Shown here: positions 39,501 through 50,351 of the stretch, in pieces
Position numbering within the stretch: position 1 is the stretch's first letter
How the letters are laid out: every line of letters starts with the position of its first letter
Origin: Azolla caroliniana
Taxonomy: Eukaryota; Plantae; Polypodiophyta
Direction: 5' to 3'
Assembly (NCBI GenBank): GCA_043228905.1
Contig: JBHGNT010000022.1
Span: 248,001 to 312,000 of the forward strand
Length of the DNA stretch: 64,000 nt
Made by a program: the position numbers and the translations under genes
The notes under the pieces: generated by a model
Database searches by the model: none
The model's input: the letters and a program-made list of their open reading frames with translations, nothing else
What the model was told of the DNA's origin: nothing

Positions 39501-40320
39501 GTATAATTGTTTTAGTTTATCTAAATCGTAGTAATAAATTGAAATAATTTAGAATAGATTAGAGTAGATTGAGAAAAGAGATCAAACCTTGTGAATCCCA
39601 CAAGTATTACATTAATCAATATTTATGTAAGAATATGAATTTAGATTGAAAGAGATAGATTATCTTAAACTTCGTGAATCCCACGAGTATATTTTATTGA
39701 TTGTTGGTGTTTTAGGAAATATATCCAATTTCCCAAATATTTTTCACACACCTATTACATTGTGCTCCCCATCCTTATGTAGTGATGGGAGAGACTAAGC
39801 ATAGCTACATGCTTTTTTTCTAATATGTTCATGCACACTAAATGTGCATGTGATGCTTTTCTAATCCTTGCTTTTATTTGCTAAATATAGTGCTCATGCA
39901 CGCTAGATGTGCATGAGTCACTTTTTAGTCGCTTGCGTTTTTCTATAAAATATTCACGCACTCTAAAAATACATGATTTACCTTTTAATAAAGGTAGGCG
40001 CAAATAAAGCACTTATAGTTATTAAATCTATTTATAGAACACTAAAGATAAGGTAGTGTAATGGTAAAGTTGGGGTTTGGCTACGTGGAGGTACAAGGTT
40101 CGAATCCTGCCCTATGCACGTGATAAATATTTTGATATTCTTATTTTATTTATTTATATGTAATTTAATCATTTATATTATTTTTACTTTTTCACGTAGT
40201 GTACGAAATACACTACGACACTCGCCCCCTCCGAACCCGCACATCCTCCGGTATGTGCCGAAGTTGCCGATGCTCGTTGTCTCCCCTTCATCCTCCGTTT
40301 GTCCCGCTATGTCAACTTTG
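36576..40320 (-). mobile_element. Young non-autonomous gag-only (TR-GAG-like) Gypsy; 869-bp LTRs 39352-40220 (5') and 36576-37444 (3'), plus a 100-bp terminal extension
   Basis: LTRs look identical by eye, with TGTCGT...ACGACA termini. PBS TGGTGAACCCGACGTGA (tRNA-Trp) at ~39331-39347; PPT GGAGGGGGCGAG; no pol. Confidence 0.92.
37397..39334 (-). CDS. gag: Gag-like protein (645 aa) with acidic and basic repeat tails, running into the 3' LTR
   Basis: FNGNDLSRYLHDYKAEM..VTSFNRVA Gag core; open frame; 24-bp tandem unit (KHALRRKK-like) at ~37790-38000. Confidence 0.8.
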   Translation of the reverse strand: MKAGGKEMENQQEAMSITMMMMFERMLQEQQAMSEITAVVKRLVQRNGQFNGNDLSRYLHDYKAEMIRCGIPEGLQVTSFNRVATDELQERIHKIRQQNSTWGSFEEALREAYDYKRSKGQDRREFDEWVASEKTHQSATQAFLEFEHRFARLSEQEQRLVGEDKVLMFVRSIDRKERKDIGIELEDDDGANGLTEDWAEVQRVCRRHDERKMRILSTTWPMKDGRLKTNDGADMKAEIQHDGATEEGVKQATLLSCERTTTKDKADNPSVEEDFRIQVSETSGEKGVSIIDAVKESKEDLIEEVATKDDIESKVAMDESTTDGHIETSPPLILETPAVAFERQRETEETEGGGEKSKVEADAYDGEIAENMAMGETTEDDNTEDSYPLILETSAVVSENQRETGETGGGNKEGKVGSRFGWKMIRLKFRCKQKHDNAKVGSTMGEACNTEHALRHQKKHVLRRKEKHTLRRKKKHALRCKNKYALRGNTAHALRWNTKHALRPNTTHAQHREIKHALKPHKDLTASAYSEVDIDAWVEPTEDKRGVERDNTPRCSRVPQGTMTTTHGNAKNEQRIWWIGWRQWFGWKEWVYSKWRDKVDIAGQTEDEGETTSIGNFGTYRRMCGFGGGECRSVFRTLREKVKII

Positions 40321-41204
40321 GCCGAATCTGCATCCTCGTAGTCAAATCGTAGAATAAGGCCATACATAAATGGGGTTTCCTTTCCAAGCTGCCCCCTCCC
40401 CCTTCTTCTTTGTTGTATACAATACGACTTTTTTCTTTGAGTCGACGTATTGCATACACCATTCCTTCTTCGTTAGATCATGGTCAGGAAGGTCTTCACC
40501 TCCAGTAGTTGCTACAAGTTTCTTTTGGCTAACCTCAATGTGTGGTTGAGATTTTGACTCCTCGTTGAAGAGAAACTTGTTTCCTCTCTTCATGGACTCA
40601 GGAGCTACTAGGGTCTGTGTTTCAATTGGAGAACCATGTATGCGGAGCTTTATCTTCTTCACAGGTCGGTCCGACAAGCTCTCAAACAACCTATTTAAGA
40701 AAGGACATGCGAAAACATAAGTTAGGTGGTCACGTAGATTAAGGTTGTATATTAAAATACAAATAAGTAGATGAAGAAATAAACTAGCAGGCAATTTGTA
40801 GTGAACTATAAATATCAATCATGCATTCAGTGTACATGGTAGTCCTATATTAAGAAATCTATTCTAGTAAGGGCTATTCAACTTAGAAAATATATATCGT
40901 AATAAGTATACAAGGTTATATATTGTCTTGAAGGGCAGGTATGACTTATATTGATTCAATAACCATATTGTAGATAATTTGCATATGGTAGACTTGAATT
41001 TGGTATCGTAAAGGTAATGTGGGTTATTTTCTACTATTTTAAGCTATAGTAGGCCATAAAACCCCTATAATTAAGGCCCCTTTTTAAAAAAAATTAAGGC
41101 AAGTCGACATAAAAAAGACTGATTTTGACAGACAATTTGATATCTTTTCTCACAATACTATTGCCCCAAAAACACAATATTCCTCTTTCAGGGTCTTCTT
41201 TTAT

Positions 41205-41907
41205 ACAAGAACTTGATACGCCGTATTGTGTTCCTGTATAAAGTTTGTGTCTGTACATGAAATTGATGCAGGGTATCGAGTTCGTGTATCAAACACATAC
41301 TTTACACAGGAACTCGTAAAGGTGTATCGAGTTCCGGTATAAAAAAGAGTTACATAACATTGGAACTCGATACGGTGTAGCGAGTTCCTGTATAATATTT
41401 GTGTTTTAGACAGGAGCTCGATACGCCGTATCAATTTCCTGTATAAAACACAAATATTATACAAGAACTCGATACGGCGTATCGAGTTCCTGTTTAAAAC
41501 GCAAACATAATTCAGGAACTCGATACGCCGTATCGAGTTCTTATTTAAAAGCTAAACTTTAAACAGGAACTCGATACGTCGTATCGAGTTCCTGTTTAAA
41601 AAGCAAAGAGAATAGAGGAACTCGATACGACGTATCGAGTTCCTCTTTAAAACCTAAACTTTAAACAGGAACTTGATACGGCATATCGAGTTCCTATTTA
41701 AAAAGCAAAGAAAACAAAGGAACTCGATACATACGCCGGTGTATCGAGTTCCTATTAAAAACCTAAAGTTTAAAGAGGAACTCGATACGCCATATCAAGT
41801 TCCTATATAAAACCTAAACTTCAAACATAAACTTGATACGCCGTATCGAGTTCCTGTATAAAGTTTGTATTTTATACAGGAACTCGATACGGCGTATCGA
41901 GTTCTTG
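41205..41907. repeat. Array of 14 palindromes CAGGAACTCGATACG-N-CGTATCGAGTTCCTG with ~20-bp A/T-rich linkers, 51-bp period
   Basis: Units 5-11 start at 41411, 41462, 41513, 41564, 41615, 41666 and 41717; later units at 41775, 41826 and 41877; four more degenerate units at 41205-41390. Confidence 0.97.
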
Positions 41908-42039
41908 AGTGACGAAACATATTTACAAAAAGGTCCACCACAATGTTAGAGGCCTACCTGGAGTCCTGGCGCTCGATTTTCTTTGAAGACATGGTTGATC
42001 GTGTCGAAGTGGAGGCGGAGATTGCACGTTCGTGCTTCG

Positions 42040-42137
42040 TGCTCTGTGTGCTCTGTTCGCTCTATGTGCTCTTGTGTGCTCTTGTGTGCTCTTGTGTGCT
42101 CTTGTGAGTGAAATATGTCGAGGTCTTCCTATTTATA
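42040..42137 (-). promoter_or_regulatory. Probable TATA box (TATAAATA, 42137-42130) and 5' UTR with CACAAGAGCA repeats for the methyltransferase gene
   Basis: TATA lies ~140 bp upstream of ACCATG (ATG at 41992) and is followed by a 10-bp tandem repeat. Confidence 0.6.
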
Positions 42138-42820
42138 GGGATTGACCACAGTGGTTAAAGTAACCATAGTCAACTTAACCAGGGTTGGTAAGCTTGAGGT
42201 TAGTTAGTTAGTAACCACAGTCACATTAACCAGAGTAACTTATGATTGCATTAATGATTACAAAGTCAAACTAACATATTGATGAATCTTTTATAGTCAT
42301 AATAACTTACAATGACTTTGAAGGTCATGAAGGACACAAAGATAGAGGTTCATGAATGAACCAATGATTGATTTCTGAAAGCAACATTTTTATGACTCTT
42401 AATGGTTGTGTATTAAAGATGTGGGCATGAATGAAACAATGATTGATAAGTCTAATATTTAAAATGGTGGGCATTAATGAGCTAGTGATTGAGAAGTTCT
42501 ATATCAAATATGGGTGCCATTAATTAGCCAATGATTTTAACTTTAATCCAACAATTTATGGCTTGGTAATGATTGTAATTATATTATACTTGATTTAATT
42601 TCATATAGACCTAGTTTAAGTAGTTATTGATATTTTAAATACAAATACTATATTAAAAATAATATTTGTTATGTATTGTATTAATATAATATTAAATAAT
42701 ATAGACATTATATTGAGGGAGGTTTTGTTTAGAGAGGAGTTTATGTTTAGAGAGGAGCTTATTAGTTTTTTGCCTTAGCCTAAGCACATAACTTAAAGAG
42801 CCCTATCTAGACCTTAAGCC

Positions 42821-44923
42821 ATGAGTGAAGATTCACCGTTCTCGATTGAAGAATATTGTTTGTCATCAGACTCATTGTTTTCTACCGAAGAGTATTGTTT
42901 GTCGACAAACTCACCATATTCTATTGAAGAATATTGTTTGTCAATAGACTCACCATATTCTATCGAAGAATATTGTCTGAGCTCATCTTCACCTACAGGG
43001 AATGTAAATAATGACACATGTGAAGGGTTCTCTATTGAAGAATACGATATTAATAAAGATACGGAAAATGAAGGTAGCGCCAATGAAACATCGAATAACA
43101 TTGGCGATGGTCACAACAAAGAATTAGATTGTAACAAGGTTACACCAACCTCTATGCAGGAAGAGAAATCTGGAAGCCCTATGCATATTAGAAGAATCCC
43201 ACGAAGAATTCGTCTGGCTGGATTTAGCTTGGTGACATCAGATAAACAGATTGGATTTGATGTCAAAAAAATATGTTGTGCCTTTGGTTGTATGTTTATG
43301 ATTGGAAAATCAAAGTTACGAGAATTAAGGCGATACTATTTTTCGATGACTGGTGATGAGCAAGACACTTACCTCGGGTCACATATGCAACTAGTATCTG
43401 ACAAATGTACGGGGATCAAAGTATCATTCGAGCATTATATCTTCCATGTGCAACAAATATGTAGAGTTGCATTCAAAATTGCGTTATGTGTTAGTAACAT
43501 GTGGCTACATAGAGTACAACAACGTCTACTTAGCAGGGATCATATGTAAAGAGGTTCCAAGTATGAAAGGTGCAATTGGAAGACATGTTATTGGTTGGAT
43601 GAAAAGTTACTTTCAGTTAAATTGTGAAGTAATGCCCACTACAGGTAGGATGCACCTTTCTGATAATTATACACGTCGGGAAGTTTATGATGTCTATCGA
43701 TCTGATATGGTGGACTCACGTAATAAGTCTATCACATATAGCCAATTCACAAGATTATGGAGAGCTCGGTCATATACACCACGCCCAAAAGTGTTACACT
43801 TGAAGGAGGTATATGACTTTAAGAGATATATATCAGATGGGGGTGGTGGGAATGTTAAAGTGCTTGCCCAGTTAAACAATATAAGATTCAATCACATTTT
43901 TATGATAAAGAAAAATGAAATAAGTGGTTCTACACTTTTGTATGCTAAACAATATTCATCTTCTACAACATGGGAACCTGAAGGTGGTTGCCAGTTATTA
44001 CTTTGTATGCCGAGTACAATTGTCCATGGAGCTAAGCAAATGCCAATTGAGAAGAAAGGACAGTTGCAGAGTGTCTTGGTATCAGAACAAAAACGGTCAT
44101 GGCTCCAAGCCTTAGAAGAAAAAAGAAAGCATATTGAGGCCGCCAAGAAATATGCCGCACAACAAGACACGTCATGGTGGGATGTATTTTATAGTGATCA
44201 GAAAGGAATTATAAACAATTGTGTATTTGGTGATAATTGGAATTTGGAAACGTCATTCACATGGTCCCTACAACATGATCGTGTAAATAGAACTCTGGAG
44301 CAACCACCAAATGTGATTAATGACAACTTGGTCCATCCACAACAAAGAGACATTTATGTGGGACCAAGGATGACCAAAGCAGCCGAAGCTAGATGGCAAG
44401 GCAATTTGCAAGAGCTCACGGCGGGGATGTTGATTGCAACGCCGGTTGATGAGAACTCACATGGCCACCAATTTTGGGTGGGTAAAATTCTAGAAGTGCT
44501 AATGCATGAAATAGAAAACACAATCAAGTCTATAAATGTTCATTGGTACAACACTAGAAGTGCAAATGCTTTTACAAGTAAGTATACATTGGAGATGATT
44601 GAATGCCCAACAAGAAGAGGAGGTAGGAAGAGGAAGTGAAACATTCCTAACACCTCGACCCTTGATATATCTGATGTGGATATCATCGTGTATGACTTCA
44701 CACTTACAAAAGCTGGACGATTAAGGAAGTCAACAATAGATATAATAAAATAAAAATTACCAAGTCTACACGGTGGCTCGAGTCAAAGGCAAACGAGATC
44801 TGCTACATATAATCTAGAGTCAAACCATTTGGTTTACGACGAAGATAATGCACTGATTGGTACATCCGAGAATGATGAGGAGGAATCGTCATTGTATATT
44901 ACTTATAGTAGTGATTCTCCGTA
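42821..44923 (+). pseudogene. Sola-like transposase remnant, catalytic core apparently deleted; N-terminal 13-aa tandem repeat
   Basis: CCxxxC...R..YF...EQDTYL...ICRVAFKIALCVS; W..YF...E.MP....LSD....VY..Y..D...SQFTRLW joined directly to P.V....VYDFK; C-terminal FTLTKAGRLRKST. Frameshift at ~43545, stops at 44637 and ~44751. Family assignment is from motif recall, not a search. Confidence 0.6.
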
Positions 44924-47900
44924 AAGGAGTGATCACGAATGTATATTTGGCTATTAAGTGTAACTACATTCCGCTTGTAACAAATTGAGTAATATAAAAG
45001 CATGTGTTTTGAATTCTTATGATTTCTAAAAAATTGTTTCTTATAAAATAACATTGGTTGTAAAGTTTGTGATATAAATTGAGAATGTAACTTTTTCAAA
45101 TTCCTCTTTTTTTAGTTACTTCTAAATCACGAAAATAGTGGATTTTTAACCTTTTTCATAGTATGTTTGAACATGTATGATACTGGTATCAATGTGTTTT
45201 GTAAAATCATTGAAAAAGCCCTAAAATCCACCAAAATTTTCCTTATCCTTCCATTTATGCGTAATCCTTCCACTTGTGAACGCGAACGTGTTTAGAATGA
45301 CTACTTGGCATATAATTATGCATTCATGATGAAGGTAGCGATAGTCAGACAACCGGAAACTTTTTCCGAAGTTGTGAAGGACCCCTGATGGGTCGAAGCG
45401 ATGAATGAGGAGATGCAAGCACTCTCCAAAAATGAGACATGGGATCTCATTCCCTCTTCACCCTACCAGAAGGCAATTCGGTGCCAGTGGATATACAAGG
45501 TGAAGTACAATACCGACAACATTGTCAATCGGTATAAGGCCCAGCTTGTGGCAAAGGGCTATGAGCAAGCGCACAAGTTCGATTACGAAGAGACCTTTAC
45601 TCTAGTGGCAAAGATGAGAACCATCTGAACCGTGATTGTGCTTGCAATAGCCAAAGGATGACACCTCCACCGCCAAAGAATGCCTTTCTCCAAGGTGAGT
45701 TAGAAGAGGTGTACATGGTACAACCACCTGGATTTCAGTCGAGTATGCATCTGACTACTATTTGTCGACTCAAGAAGCCCGTCTACAGACTCAAGCAAGC
45801 ACTGAGAGCATGGCATCGAAGATAACCCAATATCTTCACCAAATCGACTTCAAAATGTCCAACTCTGTTCATCCATAATGACTCCAGAGGAAAATTATTC
45901 ATCATAATTTATGTGGACGAACTGGTCTTTAGAGGAGAGCACATTAGGGATATCGAACATACCAAGGAGCTACTCTTGGCTTGATTCAAAATGACAGATA
46001 TAAAGAAGCTACATTACTTTCTAGGGATAGAAGTAATTCGGTCTCCAGCCAACATCATGATCTCCCAATGACACTATATTCTGAATCTTCTCTTCAAGTT
46101 TGGGATGATAGAGTGTAAGCCCATCGCTACCCCTCTCGATCGAAATCTAAGGTTCAATGTAAATTCCGCCATAGATGAGTGTGAGCCAACTTTCTATCGT
46201 CAGCTAGTTGAAAGCCTCTTCTATCTCACCATTACTCAGCCCGACCTCAACTATCTAGTCGGCATCCTTAGCCAGTTTATGCAGACACCAAGCAACATCA
46301 ATTTGTACTGTGCTAAGCGAGTGTTACGCTATGTAATGTTGGCATAAAAGGCCAACTCCTTCCAAGTAGTATCTGTCCGAGTGCGAACTCATCAATAAGT
46401 TAGGTCTTAGTATATAAGACAATACCTAACATTGTATAGAGTGATGAGTGATACAGAGTCGAACTGACAGTGAATTGTATCTCAAAGAGAGATTGAGAAC
46501 GAAGTAATAAAGCTTTCCAATAGATCTTGCACTATGTAAGTTCACGCCTATTCTATTTTTTGTTTGTTGTTTAGAACCAACAACAGATCCATACACATTT
46601 CCGCAAATCGCACTTGTTATCAACAACTGGTATCAGAGCAAATCTTTGTTGTTCGGCGGCAATTGACAACAGAAGAAGCTGAAAGAAAAGACCAGGTCAA
46701 AAATCTCAAATTAACAAAAAGAATATGGCTTCAACATCCGAAACAGGAGTTGAAATCAGAAAATTTGACGGCAAAAACTTTGCCTTGTGGAAGGAGATGA
46801 TGCAGGATGTGGTGATCATTTAAAGACAGGTCGAAGCCATTCGGCACAGCGAAAAACCGACTTCAATGACAACCGAAGAGTGGAGATAAACGGAGGAAAT
46901 CGCATGCTCCACCATCCGAATGCATCTGGCCGAAAACATTTATCTCAGCATGGCGAAAGAGATGACATCATTCTCATTGTAGGAGAAGCTACATGCCGTT
47001 TATGAAAAGAAGTCCTCATCATCGAAATTGATTTTGATCAAACAATTGTTCAACATGAAGATGAGAGAGACCGATCTGGCAACATCCCACATCAACACCT
47101 TCAACCGGGTGTTGTCTGAGCTCTCGTTCCAAGGGATGAACTTCAAAGAAGAAGTGAAAGCCCTTGCCATCCTATCAAGCTTGTCGGCGAGTTGGGAGGT
47201 ATTTTGCATGACATACGCCAATAGCCGACCAATCCTAAACTTGGACGAAACAAAGGGCCAAGTCCTCACAAAGGACATCAGGCAAAAATCGATGGGATTA
47301 ACCATCGATAAGTCGGTAGAAGCCCATTACTCACCCAAGTCGCTCGATCGACAGAGTCAAACGAAAGAACAAGCCGACAACGGTCAAAGTCGAGGCCGAT
47401 CAAGCGAGTACTACACACACTGTAGGAAAGTTGGCCACAATGTTTCCGACTGCTGGTCATTAAAAGGACAAGAGAGTGGTTGGTGATCCGAGTGGAATCG
47501 GGGACGTTCCGACTCGGATCACTCTCCAGTCAGCAACCAGATCAACGTTGCCAACACCCGATCTGGAGAAATCCTCTCGTTAGAGGACTAAATGATCGGA
47601 GAAGTTCTCTATAGTGCACAAGTTTCACACACGTGGCTACTAGGCTCTGGCGCCACATTTCACATGACCCCCAACATTGAATGGTTCTCGAACTATTCAG
47701 CCGACACTAGCGGCACAGTCCGACTGGGAAACGGGCAGGAGTGCAAGATAGCTGGAACCGGGGAGGTTCCCATCAGATTGCCAAATGGCAACACAATAAC
47801 CCTGCACCGAGTTCGGCACATACCCGATCAAAAGAAGAGTCTGGTCTCCATCGGCATGTTAGTTGAAGACGGGTATAGAACAACTCTACACGAGTCGACA

Positions 47901-48510
47901 TGGGTGCTCAGCCGAGGAAACCTCCAAATTGGTAGTGGGTACAAGTATAATAATCTATACCCATTCATGGCGATCAACCCTGAAGGGGCCATGAGCGTAG
48001 CCGAGAAAACTGACCCGAACTTCTGGCATGGCCAACTTGGCCACATGTCTCAAGCCGGACCTGATCGGCTAATGTCGGTCAGCTACATTTCGAAACTCCA
48101 GGCAAAGACGGACTTCTGCGAGCATTGTCCATATGGGAAACAGACCCAAAGTCCGCACTGCCTCCACTACGAGACGATACAACATCCCCTAGAGTTCGTG
48201 CACAGAGACATATGTGGGCCCATCCCGGGGCAATCACTCCGATCCGACAACGGAGGTGAGTACACCTCCAGATCCTTCAAACAATACCTGTCCGGAAAAG
48301 GGATCTGACACCAAAAGAGCGTTCCCTACACAACCATGCAAAATGGAGTGGCCGAATGGATCAACAGGATGATCCAAGAGAGGGTGACGACAATGCTCCA
48401 GCAAGCCGGACTAAAGTTGGAATTCTGGGCTGAGGCATTGCAGACGGCAGTGTACCTAATAAATCTGGCGCCGTCAAGAGCAATCAGGCTCGAAGTGCCA
48501 TAGGCACTAT

Positions 48511-48964
48511 TATTAGAGATATGATCTAAACTAAGCATAAGATAAGGATAAAAGATAGATAGATTGATTGAAAGGAGTGAGAGAAAGACAGGTGGCGATC
48601 CACCCGACCACCCCCGAGCGAAGGGATCGAGACGGACTCGAGCCTTGATTGGCGTCCCATACCACCGTCGTGGCATCAAGTCGTACCTGGTGCTAGCACG
48701 CTGCTACAAGAGTTGACCCACCACAAAAACATAGTCTCGATGTAGTCAAAAGATGATGAAATGAGGGTAGCTAGGCCTCTTATTTATAGCGATACCCAAG
48801 GCCCCCAAGCAAGTTCACACTTGGCCTAATGGGTTGTCTCAATCCCGAGGATTAAAAGTAGTCCTCCCCTTCTTTACACTCTTGCTTAACCCTCACAGTT
48901 ATCTGTGTATAGAATACTCTAGTAAATTCTAACCACGGGATATTATATGGTCATGCTCATAACA
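48511..48964 (-). mobile_element. Solo LTR of the 13672 chromovirus family; TSD ACTAT
   Basis: Reverse complement of the 30880-31334 LTR; ACTAT at 48506-10 and 48965-69. Confidence 0.95.
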
Positions 48965-50351
48965 ACTATGGTCAGGCAAACAACCGACCTACAATAGGCT
49001 CCATATATTCAAATGCGATGCCTAAGCATTCATCCCCAGGGGAAAAAGGATGAAGTTGGCACCCCATGCAACAAAGTGCATATTTCTCGGTTATGCAACC
49101 GATGGGGACTTCACCTACCGGCTATGGGACCCTGAGAACCGGAAATTGATCCGGAGCAACGACATAGTCTTCAATGAAAACTTTATCTTCTCTCAGCAGA
49201 ACCAACAAAAAACAATTGGTAAGAAGGTATCCTTCGAAGATGACAGCACTGTCATAGAAGGACTAACCCATCGGGCCAAATTGGAGATTCGAAAAATAGT
49301 GGAACTCCAACAAGCTACCAAGTTCCCTGCCGACACCGAATCGGCAACAAGTCCTATTGTCGAGCTCAAAGACAAAGTCATCAAAGACACATCCAAATCA
49401 ACCAAGATCGATAAAGGCAAAGTCACCAAGAGACAAGTCAAAAAAGAGTCGATGACAACCATAGGCAAGGACAACCAGACACCGTCGAAATTCCAATCTA
49501 GGGGCGGGACACCTAACAAGACTCCTGATACAGATGGTTCAATGAATACTGATTGACCAACAGATCTGATTGAAGGATCTGAACCAAACATCTCGGCACA
49601 CAGGAGATCTAGACGAGCTCGAAGGCAAGCAGAGTTCTACCAACCGGGCCTGGACTACGTCAACTACACGGATGCAAGCAAACCAAGCACCTGTGAAGAA
49701 GCTATGGTCGCACTGGATGCCGAAACATGGCTAAAAGCCATGAAATCTGAAATGGACTCGATGCATCAGAATCATACGTGGGAGTTGGTTGAACTACGAG
49801 CTAGAAGGAAGCCGCTACCTAGCAAATGGGTTTTCCGATACAAGTATGTATCCGACCCAGAGAAACCCAAGTACAAAGCTTGGCGTGTCGGGAAAGGATT
49901 CAAATAGGAATACGGGATCGACTACGATGAGATATTCTCACCAGTAGTTAAGATGACCACCCTCCGACTCCTATTAGGAGTTGTGGCGACAGAAGATGTA
50001 GAGCTCGAGCAGATAGACGTAAAGATGACATTCCTAAACGGAGATTTGGAAGAAGACATATACATGTCTCAACCAGCAGGCTTCAAGGCGACGGTGGAGG
50101 ACAGTCACCTCATATCTCGACTAAAGAAAAGTCTATATGGCCTAAAACAAGCACCGAGAATGTGGTACCAGAAGTTTGACTCCTGCTTGGATACAACATA
50201 TCAGACTCCAACCCAGGCATGTATGTTCGGCAACTGGCCGACGAGTCAAGGATCTATCTAATCCTATACATCAATGCCATGTTGATTGCCGGAAGCTGAA
50301 GCGGAGTCTTCACACAAAGTTCATGATGAAGGAACTCGGAGAAGACAAACA

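Larger units (their letters stand above)
33742..41992 (-). pseudogene. Six-exon ParB/Srx-like domain + beta-class N6A/N4C DNA methyltransferase gene (transposon cargo); disrupted by frameshifts, stops and an LTR insertion
   Basis: Exons 41992-41958, 40690-35339 (split by the LTR element at 36576-40320), 35262-35124, 35040-34574, 34485-34186 and 34094-33742. All five introns are GT-AG and phase-compatible. Motifs: YFVISGSHSAEA (ParB-like), GDVVDLI..LMIADIPY (motif IV), WIKTN, NPYQKPQRLMMRLIKMFSIEGDWILDLFSGT[G]T..CALKLFRNTVALEKD (motifs X, I, II). Confidence 0.85.
32664..45292. mobile_element. TIR DNA transposon (Sola-like), ~8.9 kb plus a 3.7-kb nested LTR element; TSD TAGA
   Basis: TIR AACACGTTCGCGTTCACAAGTGGAAGGATT (30/30, extending to 35/36) at 32664-32699 and 45257-45292. 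TAGA lies at 32660-63 and 45293-96. Removing the element restores the Copia sequence without an indel relative to the paralogue at ~20541. Confidence 0.92.

Noticed and set aside
41205-41907. CRISPR array (palindromic repeat plus spacer)
   Set aside because: The linkers are only ~20 bp, low-complexity and related to one another; there are no cas genes; the context is a eukaryotic intron.
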